20,000 bases of DNA, from IMG/VR virus record IMGVR_UViG_3300006899_000004, one strand, 5' to 3'. Positions 6,563-15,574 of this stretch are shown piece by piece. The position numbers were made by a program, and so were the translations under genes. Each line of letters begins with the position of its first letter. Position 1 is the first letter of the stretch. Below the pieces are notes generated by a model, which saw only the letters and a list, made by a program, of their open reading frames with translations, was not told where the DNA came from and ran no database searches. This stretch comes from an uncultured virus (IMG/VR IMGVR_UViG_3300006899_000004) (taxonomy: Duplodnaviria; Heunggongvirae; Uroviricota; Caudoviricetes).

Positions 6563-7330
6563 ATGAGAGAGATGAGACTGGACACTCAAATCGCTGGGAT
6601 CACCAGTGAGACAAAGCTCTCAGATCTGAGTGTTCCCAGCGAAATGCGAAAGCGCGTGAAGACAGGAATCGACTGGTGGGACACAGCACTCGGAGGTGGC
6701 GGTCACGTGCCCTCTACAGTGTGTATCCTCACTGGAACGCCAGGCTCTGGAAAGAGCACGTTGCAACGGCAGCTCGCATCCAGTTTGATTGGTCAGGGAC
6801 ACATTGTTCTCTATAACACTGGCGAAGAGAATCTCTATCAAGTCAAGATGGCAACGGAGCGGCTCGGCATTGCTGAAGACTTCTACGTGGGCCAGCACAT
6901 CTTTGTCGATAATCTTCTCGCTCACGCAGAGAAACTTCGTTCTGCGAATACAGGAAAACGAATGTTTCTGTTTCAAGATTCACTGCAGACTTTGAATGAC
7001 GGGTACTATAAAGACGGAGGAACGACGGGAAATACTCCCGTTCGGTGCATCGAGAAGGTGATCGATTGGTGCAAGAGCACCTATTCGATCGGAATCGTGA
7101 TCAATCAGGTCACGAAGTCTGGAGAGTTTGCTGGAAAGCAAACAATCATTCACGCTGTCGATGCTCGAGTTCACCTGTACATCGACGAAGATCCTCGCTC
7201 ACCCACGTACGGATCTCGCGTCTTTGAAGTCCCCAAGAACCGCTGGGGCTGCTCGGGTATCACGACCGTGCTCAACATGAAAGAATCTGGTTTGGACCAC
7301 CAGTGTTCTTACGTCAAAGGCGCAGTCTAA
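6563..7330 (+). CDS. radA: RadA/Sms-like RecA-fold ATPase (ATPase core only)
   Basis: Walker A GTPGSGKST, Y.TGEE, Walker B LFQDSLQT, QVTKSGEFAG..I.HAVD and KNRWG (RadA KNRFG signature). No N-terminal C4 zinc finger or C-terminal Lon-like domain. AGGAG RBS. Confidence 0.85.
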   Translation: MREMRLDTQIAGITSETKLSDLSVPSEMRKRVKTGIDWWDTALGGGGHVPSTVCILTGTPGSGKSTLQRQLASSLIGQGHIVLYNTGEENLYQVKMATERLGIAEDFYVGQHIFVDNLLAHAEKLRSANTGKRMFLFQDSLQTLNDGYYKDGGTTGNTPVRCIEKVIDWCKSTYSIGIVINQVTKSGEFAGKQTIIHAVDARVHLYIDEDPRSPTYGSRVFEVPKNRWGCSGITTVLNMKESGLDHQCSYVKGAV

Positions 7331-7352
7331 CAAGTTCCAACAAAAGAAATTG

Positions 7353-7380
7353 AAAGGGAGTCGAAAGACTCCCTTTTTTT
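7353..7380 (+). terminator. Intrinsic terminator
   Basis: AAAGGGAGTC-GAAA-GACTCCCTTTTTTT. Confidence 0.9.
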
Positions 7381-7659
7381 GCTCTCTGCGTCGAGATCTC
7401 AAGGCAGATCTGTCCCTGCACGAGTGCTTTAAAAGAGTGTAGTCAATGTGTTTCGCGCGCGAGCGCGCGAAAGGGCGCAGGGTGTACTGCACTCACGTTG
7501 CACAGTATGTACACGGTCACGTTGCTATCACTCACCTAGAGTGACTCTACCACGTGGTCATTCAAGGTTCACGGTTTAACAAACACACACTTCAGTGAAC
7601 GAGAATCGTGTTTCAGCGTTAAGAGTGCAATACAACTCAAAAAAGAAATCTCAAGCAAC

Positions 7660-8259
7660 GTGATGCGTCTCGCCAACTTAAAAAAAAACTTAAACTCTGT
7701 AAACCCTAGGAATTGGTTAAGTTGTGCTGGCAACTTGTTCAGAATACACAACGCGTCACTTGTGCAGGAACGTTTCACAAATATTCGAGTCGCTTTTGTT
7801 ACTGCAGATTCAGTCAGAGATCTCGTTAACAACTGGTGTTATGATTACAGTGAACAAAACAAAGACATCTTCTTTGCAGAGAAGAGTTCTATCTTTGTTA
7901 GAAACAACAACTCTTCTAAATTAGAACGGTTTCGCAACCACTATAATCAATCAATGACTTTCATATACACGATTAAACCCGTTGCAACTAAAACAAAGTT
8001 ATTCGAGATATCAACGCCAGTTTCAAACAGCAGTTCTTTCACATTTATTGTGCTCAGTTCTGTTATGAAATATGACAACATGAAAAACAAGAACTCTTGC
8101 ACGTGGAACTCTTTCTCTTCAACGCTCGAGAGCGTGTGCATATATGTCTTTGAACTTGACGATTATCTCTTGATCAATTCAAAGACCTTTTTCATGTTGT
8201 GTTCACTTGCTAAGCACCTCAAAGCTCCGCGTTTTGAGACGCAGAGCTCAGAAGACTGA
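7660..8259 (+). CDS. AT-rich hypothetical protein (start uncertain)
   Basis: 199-aa ORF; the frame stays open upstream to a TAG at 7537. Confidence 0.55.
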   Translation: MMRLANLKKNLNSVNPRNWLSCAGNLFRIHNASLVQERFTNIRVAFVTADSVRDLVNNWCYDYSEQNKDIFFAEKSSIFVRNNNSSKLERFRNHYNQSMTFIYTIKPVATKTKLFEISTPVSNSSSFTFIVLSSVMKYDNMKNKNSCTWNSFSSTLESVCIYVFELDDYLLINSKTFFMLCSLAKHLKAPRFETQSSED

Positions 8260-8311
8260 AAGTTTTTTACGTGAGCGGGAGCGATCGCTCGAGGCTGGGG
8301 TGGCGGAGCTA

Positions 8312-8340
8312 GTGCAACACTCTTGTAACTGTGTTACTGT
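8312..8340 (+). promoter_or_regulatory. Recurrent promoter motif, probably leaderless
   Basis: GTGCAA-N17-TACTGT; ATG at 8347. Confidence 0.65.
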
Positions 8341-8346
8341 TATAAA

Positions 8347-8637
8347 ATGTTTGGTTTTCGAACAAACCCTAAAGTGCTCATCGAACAAGTTGCACACAGC
8401 ATGTACGATGAGTACGACCGTGCGGGTTTACATAAACGGGCTCTCGTCAAAGTAGACGGAAAGAAAAATCCAGAATCTAAGTTGTATGAGGTGTCTGTTT
8501 CTGTAAATGGGAAAAAGATCTGTCAGAACTCTGACAGTGACTGGCGTACTGCATACAAGAAACTTCTTCAGACCCTGAAAGATACCAAGGGAGAGTGCAA
8601 GGCTCCCACGGATGGAGTAAAAAACGATCATGGCTAA
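8347..8637 (+). CDS. Hypothetical protein (96 aa)
   Basis: ORF immediately after promoter motif; overlaps the ATPase start. Confidence 0.75.
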   Translation: MFGFRTNPKVLIEQVAHSMYDEYDRAGLHKRALVKVDGKKNPESKLYEVSVSVNGKKICQNSDSDWRTAYKKLLQTLKDTKGECKAPTDGVKNDHG

Positions 8638-9760
8638 AACGCAAATGCACGTTCGAACCGTGCTCTCGGTGGTGCCGCAGCTTCCTGCTGCGATCTCGGT
8701 CTTGTTCAGAGGAAATCACGGTATCGGAAAGAGCCAGGTCGTGGCTCAACTCCGGAACCTGATCAAGGAGAGTGACCCCAATCTTGGGGATTTTCCTCTC
8801 ATCGACAGGCGTCTCTCTCAGTTGACTGAGGGTGACATCATCGGTCTTCCTTCGACTGACGGTGAGGTGACTCGATTCAACCCGCCCGACTGGTACAAGC
8901 AGGCGTGCAACAAGCCTGCGTGTCTGTTCCTCGACGAGCTCAACCGTGCAACTCCCGAGGTCATGCAGGCGGCATTTCAGATTGTTCTTGATCGGACCCT
9001 GAACGGTCAGAGCCTACACCCGCAGACTCGAGTGTTCGCTGCGGTCAACGATTCTGGTGCGTACACCGTCAACGAGATCGACCCCGCTCTGCTGGATCGA
9101 TTCTGGGTGGTGGATCTGAATCCCGACGTGGACGACTGGCTCACTTGGGCTCGGAACGTTGGGATCCATGATCACATCACGGGATTCATCGCAGCGAATC
9201 CCAAGTTCTTGGATCCTCACAAGAACGTTGAGCCGGGTGCTGTGTCTCCGTCCCGTCGCTCGTACGAGCGTCTGGACATGAGCTTGAAATGTGCTGGGAT
9301 CGAAGAGAAGCCCAATGACGATCGATTCTACTCGATCGCTGCAGGGTTCCTCGGTGTCGAAGCAGCGCAGGCTTTCTCTGCTCACGCCAAGAACAACGAC
9401 CTCCGCGTTCTTCCCGAGGAGGTCGTCAACAGTTACAAGAAGGTGCAGAAGAAGGTGCAGAAGATGTCGATCGAGAGGCAGGTCGACCTCACTGCGAAGC
9501 TCTCAGACTACTTCGCCGAGAAGCCCGAGAACCGAAAGTTCAGCGACAAGGTGCTTGGAAATCTCGATCTCTTCATGCAAGACATCACGCCTGAGACTCG
9601 CTTGACGTTCTTCACGAATGTCATCCGAAGCTGCGGCACCGACACCGCCGCGATGGCAGCCTTCAACGCAAAGGTGAACTATCAAGTACTTCAGTTATTC
9701 GGTGTGAACGCTGACGGTACTGGCGAAGTGAAGGTACCTGACTTCCTCGAAAAGAAGTAA
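8630..9760 (+). CDS. MoxR/AAA_5-like AAA+ ATPase
   Basis: Walker A GNHGIGKS, EGDIIGLP, Walker B LFLDELNRA, sensor-1 AAVN, DPALLDRF arginine finger, SRRSYE sensor-2. Confidence 0.9.
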   Translation: MAKTQMHVRTVLSVVPQLPAAISVLFRGNHGIGKSQVVAQLRNLIKESDPNLGDFPLIDRRLSQLTEGDIIGLPSTDGEVTRFNPPDWYKQACNKPACLFLDELNRATPEVMQAAFQIVLDRTLNGQSLHPQTRVFAAVNDSGAYTVNEIDPALLDRFWVVDLNPDVDDWLTWARNVGIHDHITGFIAANPKFLDPHKNVEPGAVSPSRRSYERLDMSLKCAGIEEKPNDDRFYSIAAGFLGVEAAQAFSAHAKNNDLRVLPEEVVNSYKKVQKKVQKMSIERQVDLTAKLSDYFAEKPENRKFSDKVLGNLDLFMQDITPETRLTFFTNVIRSCGTDTAAMAAFNAKVNYQVLQLFGVNADGTGEVKVPDFLEKK

Positions 9761-9764
9761 AGGC

Positions 9765-10232
9765 GTGTCAGCACCAAAGCTGATATCTAGCAGCACCATG
9801 CAACTAGCAAAACTAGTTGCATGGTGCTCTTGTCACAGTCTGAATGTTACCATCAGAGAAGGTAATTTTCAGGGCGAAAATATGGCTTTTTTTTGTGACG
9901 ATTCTATCACTGTCACAAAACAGAAAAAAGCGCAAGAGACAGTGTGGCTTCTTCTCCACGAGATTGGACACTATCTTGTAACAAAAAAACATCCCAATAG
10001 GTACAAAAACGGATATCCTCACAGAGAAAAACCAAAGAAAAATTTGTTAAAGGCTGTACACTATGTCTCTATTCTTGAAGAAGAGATAGAGGCGTGGAAT
10101 CTTGGAAGAGAACTGAGCAAAGACTTGAAATTCAAGTTCTCAGTCTCAGAATTTGAAAAGTACAAAACAAGTATGCTTAAATCTCACATCACGTGGGCGT
10201 ACCTGAAACTTTCAAAAGATAGTAGTCTCTAA
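9765..10232 (+). CDS. Putative zinc metallopeptidase (HExxH; ImmA/IrrE-like)
   Basis: LLHEIGHY plus downstream EEEIEAW third-ligand helix. Confidence 0.7.
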   Translation: MSAPKLISSSTMQLAKLVAWCSCHSLNVTIREGNFQGENMAFFCDDSITVTKQKKAQETVWLLLHEIGHYLVTKKHPNRYKNGYPHREKPKKNLLKAVHYVSILEEEIEAWNLGRELSKDLKFKFSVSEFEKYKTSMLKSHITWAYLKLSKDSSL

Positions 10233-10999
10233 TGAGAAGAAAAAACTTCCTTAAAAGAGGGTTATCAACAGTTCTTCCACACAACTTTTCAGATAGAATA
10301 CTCAAACAATATCGACAGATACTTAACGGCAATGAAGATCTTGCAAAGGCGCTAACGGCTGCTGACAACGCAACGCTACATTCTGTTTCAGGCGTTGTTA
10401 TCTCTAACGAGAGAGATATAAGAACGGGAAAGTTACTGCCTTTTAGAGGGACGCGGAAAGAAAAGAGAAAGTTCCGCAAGGTATGGAGAAAGGGTTTCAA
10501 GAGTTTTCTAGACGTTGAAACTACGACCCTCTACTTCAACGTGATTGATCGATTGAGGTTTTCAAATTCGAAAGCCAATTGTGTAGCGCTCACAAAAAGA
10601 CACAAAAAGAAGTGTCTAAAACGTTTTAGCAGACAGGGTCACGCTATCTGGTTGCTTTCTTCTGCTAAGAACAAGGGCTCTTTCACAGACAAACTGCAAA
10701 ACTATGCTGTTGTTAACAGCAAAAAACTCGCTTCAAGACGTGGAAGAACTATGATTGCAAGACTTAAAAATGCAATCAAGATGAAACGTTTTCTCGCGAA
10801 GATCGTTGCTCTCAACGAAAATCAGGGAAGTGCAGTCATCAATATGCTCAAGAGCAAAGAAAGCTGGCTTCAATCAGGATATAGACTCCACAAAGACCTC
10901 AAAAGGTCAGATAGTAACCGTAAAGAGCGCAGTGAACAGTTTAAAAAGATTTTGTCACATAAACCGTTCATGCTTCTAGCTAAAGAAACTAAAGATTAA
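10232..10999 (+). CDS. Very Lys/Arg-rich hypothetical protein (255 aa), likely nucleic-acid binding
   Basis: TAATG coupling to the previous gene; clusters such as RGTRKEKRKFRKVWRK and KKLASRRGRTMIARLK. Confidence 0.75.
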   Translation: MRRKNFLKRGLSTVLPHNFSDRILKQYRQILNGNEDLAKALTAADNATLHSVSGVVISNERDIRTGKLLPFRGTRKEKRKFRKVWRKGFKSFLDVETTTLYFNVIDRLRFSNSKANCVALTKRHKKKCLKRFSRQGHAIWLLSSAKNKGSFTDKLQNYAVVNSKKLASRRGRTMIARLKNAIKMKRFLAKIVALNENQGSAVINMLKSKESWLQSGYRLHKDLKRSDSNRKERSEQFKKILSHKPFMLLAKETKD

Positions 11000-11000
11000 T

Positions 11001-11135
11001 TCTAGGACTACTCGTAAATAGTCCTTTGAAGCTAGTTAACGTGTGAACAGGGAAGAGCGAGCAACCCCCTAAGTAACTGTCGTCATGTGTCTTCGCACAA
11101 GACGCACTACGTTATTCTAGAAATAGAATAACATT
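11001..11135 (+). ncRNA. Candidate structured RNA
   Basis: Hairpins AGGACTA/TAGTCCT (11004-11025), TGTGTCTT/AAGACGCA (11086-11106) and GTTATTCTA-GAAA-TAGAATAAC (11111-11132); no ORF; terminator follows. Confidence 0.45.
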
Positions 11136-11143
11136 AAGAAGAG

Positions 11144-11179
11144 AGAAAAAGCTGGAAGAAATTCCAGCTTTTTCTTTTT
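11144..11179 (+). terminator. Intrinsic terminator
   Basis: AGAAAAAGCTGGAA-GAAA-TTCCAGCTTTTTCTTTTT. Confidence 0.85.
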
Positions 11180-11209
11180 CAAGAAAACTTACGTGAGGAT
11201 CATATCTAC

Positions 11210-11497
11210 TTGGATCATGTGATTTCTAACAAAGAAATTCCAAAGCGTGGAGACACAATCATTATTTCTTCAAATTGTGTAGAACACTGGTACAGTTATT
11301 TTATCTTGACAAAGAACCCAACTATGGTAACACCAGAACACGAAATAGAACACACAGCATGCTTAGTACACGATATTCTCATACCTGTGATTGAGATAAA
11401 AGTGTTCAAGACTCGTGTTGACGTAGACAGATATTCTGTCAAGATAGGAATGTCTTGTTTACACAAAATCAGTGATAACTTTTGGAGTAATTTTTGA
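11210..11497 (+). CDS. PGD-motif array gene 1
   Basis: PKRGDTIII; TTG start with GAGG upstream. Confidence 0.65.
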   Translation: MDHVISNKEIPKRGDTIIISSNCVEHWYSYFILTKNPTMVTPEHEIEHTACLVHDILIPVIEIKVFKTRVDVDRYSVKIGMSCLHKISDNFWSNF

Positions 11498-11498
11498 C

Positions 11499-11527
11499 GT
11501 GTAACGCTCTGTGCGCCGTGGTACAGT
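11499..11527 (+). promoter_or_regulatory. Recurrent promoter motif, probably leaderless
   Basis: GTGTAA-N17-TACAGT; ATG at 11534. Confidence 0.7.
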
Positions 11528-11533
11528 CGTGTC

Positions 11534-11809
11534 ATGGATTTAGCACCTGGCGCTGCGCCTTTGGTTGGTGATATACTGTTGCACTATGGAACAGTAGAAA
11601 TTCGCGTAGTGACCAAGTCAACTTTTTTACACATCTCTAGTGAACACTTTGTTTTCAACTTGAAGTGCTTCTCTCTAGACGAAAATAGAGATCACTATCT
11701 CAGATTTATTTTCCATCCCGAGTTTACCGATCGCCGACCGTCACGCTCAAACGCAATTTGGAGAGTTTATTTTAGTCATGGTGATGCTTTCCCATACAGT
11801 AAAACTTAA
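11534..11809 (+). CDS. PGD-motif array gene 2
   Basis: PLVGDILL. Confidence 0.75.
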   Translation: MDLAPGAAPLVGDILLHYGTVEIRVVTKSTFLHISSEHFVFNLKCFSLDENRDHYLRFIFHPEFTDRRPSRSNAIWRVYFSHGDAFPYSKT

Positions 11810-11812
11810 AAC

Positions 11813-12166
11813 ATGAAACAAGTAGACATCGATCTGCTGAAACCCGGGAAGATCATCATTTATTCTAGCGCTTATGAAACATCATGGATGACTGCAATGT
11901 ACGCTATTGTGGTTGATTGTGTATATGATGAATCACTAATATATGACCAATATATCAAGATGAAAAAACTCAAACAAGAACAGTGTATTATTGAGTTCAT
12001 AGTCATCTGTGCAACTGAACAACGACTCTCAACAAGAACAATACCCCCTTTTAAACACTTCAAAGTGTCATTCCGTCTGTCTGAATCAGACACCAAAGGC
12101 AGGGATATCTTTAAGTTAGACTACACGAAAATCTCCAGATACATTAACAGAAATCCATTCTTATAA
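11813..12166 (+). CDS. PGD-motif array gene 3
   Basis: LKPGKIII...YAIVVD. Confidence 0.75.
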   Translation: MKQVDIDLLKPGKIIIYSSAYETSWMTAMYAIVVDCVYDESLIYDQYIKMKKLKQEQCIIEFIVICATEQRLSTRTIPPFKHFKVSFRLSESDTKGRDIFKLDYTKISRYINRNPFL

Positions 12167-12390
12167 TGTACAAAATCGTCAAAACTGGAGATCTGTTTAA
12201 TCCCGATGGTCCTTTAAAGGGATTAGTGCTAAACATCAAATTTCTCCACGCCCGGTGGGTCCCACGGGGAATTACTGGTCCTAGTTTTTACGATGAAACA
12301 GAGTACACGTATGAACTTCTAATCTTTTGGTTTCACAACAAAACAACGTGCACGTGCAACTATTACTGCAACACACCACTTAAGTGTTAA
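12166..12390 (+). CDS. PGD-motif array gene 4
   Basis: VKTGDLF...GLVLNI; TAATG coupling. Confidence 0.75.
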   Translation: MYKIVKTGDLFNPDGPLKGLVLNIKFLHARWVPRGITGPSFYDETEYTYELLIFWFHNKTTCTCNYYCNTPLKC

Positions 12391-12677
12391 TCAAAGAGAC
12401 ATCTTTGACAACACAAACAAAACAAGGGGAATCCAACCTCAAGTTAGGTGAAATTATCTATTTTTTGCGTCACGGAAACGTAAAAGAAATCTTATTTGTT
12501 CTGTCGATAAAACAGAACAACAACTTCAACTTTTTAAAAGTGCACGAAGTGATCTGTTACAACGTTTCTAAAAAGAAACAATGCACTTACAACATCACTA
12601 TCTACTCAAGTTGGGGAAAACCTTTCTTCACGCTCACAGAAGGTATCAAATTGTTTGATTCTTCAAGCGTATGGTGA
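12384..12677 (+). CDS. PGD-motif array gene 5
   Basis: LKLGEIIY...LFVLSI. Confidence 0.7.
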   Translation: MLIKETSLTTQTKQGESNLKLGEIIYFLRHGNVKEILFVLSIKQNNNFNFLKVHEVICYNVSKKKQCTYNITIYSSWGKPFFTLTEGIKLFDSSSVW

Positions 12678-12702
12678 GCTGAGAACAAGAACACTGCATG
12701 AA

Positions 12703-12731
12703 GTGAATTCTGCTCTGCAACTTGGTAAGAT
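12703..12731 (+). promoter_or_regulatory. Internal array promoter motif
   Basis: GTGAAT-N17-TAAGAT in the only sizeable gap of block 1. Confidence 0.65.
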
Positions 12732-12769
12732 AGCCATATTCTGCTACGAGTGTACAGAAAGAGAGTGCC

Positions 12770-13069
12770 GTGAGAACAGATCTGTTGCCCGGTGATCTTA
12801 TCATGATAGAAGATTCCGTTGGTACTGGAACGACGCCGGCAATTGTGTTTAGCATCAGTGATCTATTGAGATCTTATCATGAATTTTCTTGGCCGCGCCT
12901 AAGAAACGCGCCTCTACCAAACGTCTACAACGTCAAGTGTTTTCACGTACAAAAACAGAAGTATTTTACCTTAGAAGTGTATCCTGACTATCTTCTTTGT
13001 GAAGACAGTCCAGGAGAGTTTCGGCTGCCCGCGAGTGCGATCCACCACAGAGAGGAGCTAGAACAGTGA
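12770..13069 (+). CDS. PGD-motif array gene 6
   Basis: LLPGDLIM...AIVFSI. Confidence 0.75.
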   Translation: MRTDLLPGDLIMIEDSVGTGTTPAIVFSISDLLRSYHEFSWPRLRNAPLPNVYNVKCFHVQKQKYFTLEVYPDYLLCEDSPGEFRLPASAIHHREELEQ

Positions 13070-13353
13070 AAAACGACAAAAACAAGAACGTTGGTCAAAT
13101 CATCGTTGCAGAAAATGTCAATTCACTAGTTCTCAAGATCGGTAAAAAGTACATTCCTTTGTGGGGTCATTACGATCGCTTCAAGCGAACAACTCTTTCA
13201 AGACACACGAGGCCAGTAGTCAAACTTAAGTTGCTGAACCTAGACGCAAATCCTTCAAAAGAATATGTGATTGAAGCGTACCATGATTTTCAGTTTCTGT
13301 GGGAAAAGGGAAAATTAGTTCTGCCAGATGAATACATTTACAATATTCCCTGA
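13066..13353 (+). CDS. PGD-motif array gene 7
   Basis: KNVGQIIV...SLVLKI; GTGA coupling. Confidence 0.75.
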   Translation: MKNDKNKNVGQIIVAENVNSLVLKIGKKYIPLWGHYDRFKRTTLSRHTRPVVKLKLLNLDANPSKEYVIEAYHDFQFLWEKGKLVLPDEYIYNIP

Positions 13354-13367
13354 TCAGAGTTTATGTA

Positions 13368-13718
13368 ATGAATTTCCCTCCCAAAGCACTCGTCCAAGTT
13401 GGCGACCTTGCCAAGATAGACTGTTGGCACCACTACAATTTTCGAACTCACGCAATTGTTCTTGAGATCTTGTATCGAGGTATCACATACCCACGCGAAA
13501 TACACGCTTGGAACGTAGTGTCTTGCAGCGTTGAAGAACGTGACATGTTTGTGATCACAACCCAGCACACTCATTTTCAAAAAGAAATAACTGACAACGT
13601 GTGGTTGTTTTCTGACAACAACATGTCCACGCTGTCGGTCGTTCCGCTATCACGTTACAAATTTCGTAAAGATCCTTACAGAGACCGAGTGCTACACTAC
13701 ATCGCAGAAATACTCTAA
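13368..13718 (+). CDS. PGD-motif array gene 8
   Basis: VQVGDLAK...AIVLEI. Confidence 0.75.
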   Translation: MNFPPKALVQVGDLAKIDCWHHYNFRTHAIVLEILYRGITYPREIHAWNVVSCSVEERDMFVITTQHTHFQKEITDNVWLFSDNNMSTLSVVPLSRYKFRKDPYRDRVLHYIAEIL

Positions 13719-14036
13719 ATGTATAAAGAAATACTTGATCTTCAATCTGGTGAATTCTTACTGCTCTTTGACAGTTGGAGCAACACGCTCTACTACACAC
13801 TAGTGATCGATCTAAACTTTCCGTCTGAAGATTACTGGGCACAGGTACGGAGATCTAGGCGCACTCGCCCAATTGAGAGACTACCAGAAGACAATGTCAT
13901 CGTGTTGCGCTTGTACAGTTTTCTCCACAAGAGCGTGGGGACAGTGGGCGTATTTGACAATTGCGGAGTGCTATCAGACGGAAAGTTTGCAAGACTGTTT
14001 AGCACAGACATCCACTACAACTCATTTGGAGTGTAA
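13719..14036 (+). CDS. PGD-motif array gene 9
   Basis: LQSGEFLL...TLVIDL. Confidence 0.75.
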   Translation: MYKEILDLQSGEFLLLFDSWSNTLYYTLVIDLNFPSEDYWAQVRRSRRTRPIERLPEDNVIVLRLYSFLHKSVGTVGVFDNCGVLSDGKFARLFSTDIHYNSFGV

Positions 14037-14038
14037 AG

Positions 14039-14371
14039 ATGCTCGATGTCATTGACAAGAAACTCAACCAAGGAGACATCGTTGGTTTCAAACTGTTTGA
14101 ATATGTCACTCACAGAGGCATCCCAAAGCGTGAAGTCTTAAGATCTCTAGTGTTGTACATAGAAGAGTGTCCTGTTGGTCTCAAACTAGTCATTGATGGA
14201 GAAGAAGATCAAGTGCGAATCCACCTATGCAGTCTAGATCCTAGTCGACGTAAGAAATTCTTCCTTGAAGTCAAAAAAGAATACAAGCTCATTCACAAGA
14301 ACGGTGAACTAACGCTTCCAAACAAGCACATCTACTACAACTCTTTCTTTTCAGACAGACGACGTGAATGA
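14039..14371 (+). CDS. PGD-motif array gene 10
   Basis: LNQGDIVG...SLVLYI. Confidence 0.75.
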   Translation: MLDVIDKKLNQGDIVGFKLFEYVTHRGIPKREVLRSLVLYIEECPVGLKLVIDGEEDQVRIHLCSLDPSRRKKFFLEVKKEYKLIHKNGELTLPNKHIYYNSFFSDRRRE

Positions 14372-14682
14372 TAAAGAAACTCCTTCCAGGTGATCTGGTC
14401 ATAATTGACAGCCGCAGCACAGCGTTAACTGATTTACGCTGCACTGCTCTTGTTATTCACGTGACAACTGAAGTCTCAAATACTCATTTTATGAGAGACA
14501 CAATCTACTGCTATGGTCTAGACGGTCACAAGGTAGTGTTTTCACAGCACCCTGGAACGTACGTTCCTAGTTCTAAGAATCCTGATCTCAGACCAGTTCG
14601 TCCAAACAAGTCAGAGATCTGCAAGTTCTTTGTTGAAAATTTAGCAACGTTCTATAAAACGACACACTGCGACAATGCGTGA
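14368..14682 (+). CDS. PGD-motif array gene 11
   Basis: LLPGDLVI...ALVIHV. Confidence 0.75.
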   Translation: MIKKLLPGDLVIIDSRSTALTDLRCTALVIHVTTEVSNTHFMRDTIYCYGLDGHKVVFSQHPGTYVPSSKNPDLRPVRPNKSEICKFFVENLATFYKTTHCDNA

Positions 14683-14977
14683 AGACGTGTTAAACTCTGG
14701 AGCTTTGGTCTGGATCGAAACTTATTACCCCACACACACAGATGTTCTAGCGGTTGTTCTTAAAGTTGACACCGACGTGCAGTTCAGCGTCGGTCACTTG
14801 GGCAAAATCACGCAGTGGCAACACGGAGCAGGCGCTGCTGCATTGACCGTGCTCTGTGTCAAAGAGAACACAACAAAACAAATGATATGTTACTTAGATG
14901 ACATCACCGAAGGGCGACGCAATCTTATTGCGTATGGTTTGCATGAGAAATCTTCGTCTTTGATTCAGAGAATCTGA
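14675..14977 (+). CDS. PGD-motif array gene 12
   Basis: LNSGALVW...AVVLKV. Confidence 0.75.
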   Translation: MREDVLNSGALVWIETYYPTHTDVLAVVLKVDTDVQFSVGHLGKITQWQHGAGAAALTVLCVKENTTKQMICYLDDITEGRRNLIAYGLHEKSSSLIQRI

Positions 14978-15285
14978 TGCTGATCCCAGGATCACTGATC
15001 ATTACAGACGTAGAGTACTATCGCATTAACAACGAACCCACTCTTGTCTTAGCGCTAGATGATGCACCTGAAGTGCTAAAACCTGGCATGTCGAAATTGG
15101 GAGATCATCTCGCTAACAACAAGCGGTGGCAGTACGACAACCTCATGACAGTAACGCTGTACTGTCTGATCAATAGACGGATGCTCAAGCTCACAGTTCT
15201 AAAGTCAATAGAACACGAACGGGATGGGATTCTCTATAGTCTTAACAGTCACTACGTGCTTCGGATTGAAGAAGATTATGAGTGA
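14977..15285 (+). CDS. PGD-motif array gene 13
   Basis: LIPGSLII...TLVLAL...RWQYDNLMTVTLYCL. Confidence 0.8.
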   Translation: MLIPGSLIITDVEYYRINNEPTLVLALDDAPEVLKPGMSKLGDHLANNKRWQYDNLMTVTLYCLINRRMLKLTVLKSIEHERDGILYSLNSHYVLRIEEDYE

Positions 15286-15574
15286 AGACGAGTTAAAACC
15301 TGGAACTTTCATCAAAGTGTATGACTATAATCTTTCTTACAATCCTAAATCAATTATAGCAATTGTTTTGGCGGTCAAGACTGATCACTCACTCCAGTTA
15401 ACAGACTCGTTAACTCAGCGTAGTTACAGTGCTACAGAAGTAACCATGCTCTACGTTCAAAACGGCAGAGTAGAGAGATCGCTTTTCTCTACATTGTCAC
15501 TGTTTCAGTGGACTCTGCGCAAAGATGCTAGCTCTTATAGCACGCAAACAAGAGTGCAGATAGTGAGAACTTGA
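15278..15574 (+). CDS. PGD-motif array gene 14
   Basis: Likely ATG 15278 (MSEDELKPGTFIK...AIVLAV). Confidence 0.75.
   Translation: MSEDELKPGTFIKVYDYNLSYNPKSIIAIVLAVKTDHSLQLTDSLTQRSYSATEVTMLYVQNGRVERSLFSTLSLFQWTLRKDASSYSTQTRVQIVRT

Noticed and set aside
7482..7514. Additional promoter motif copy (GTGTAC)
   Set aside because: No TAnnnT at 17-nt spacing on either strand.
7507..7660. Stop-codon recoding (in-frame TAG at 7537 between ATG 7507 and ORF 7660)
   Set aside because: A single instance; long genes read through under the standard code, TAG terminates some array genes, and no suppressor tRNA is seen.
11111..11132. tracrRNA/sgRNA resemblance (CTAGAAATAG)
   Set aside because: The match is only a short GAAA-tetraloop hairpin; no Cas9 or IscB nuclease motifs nearby.
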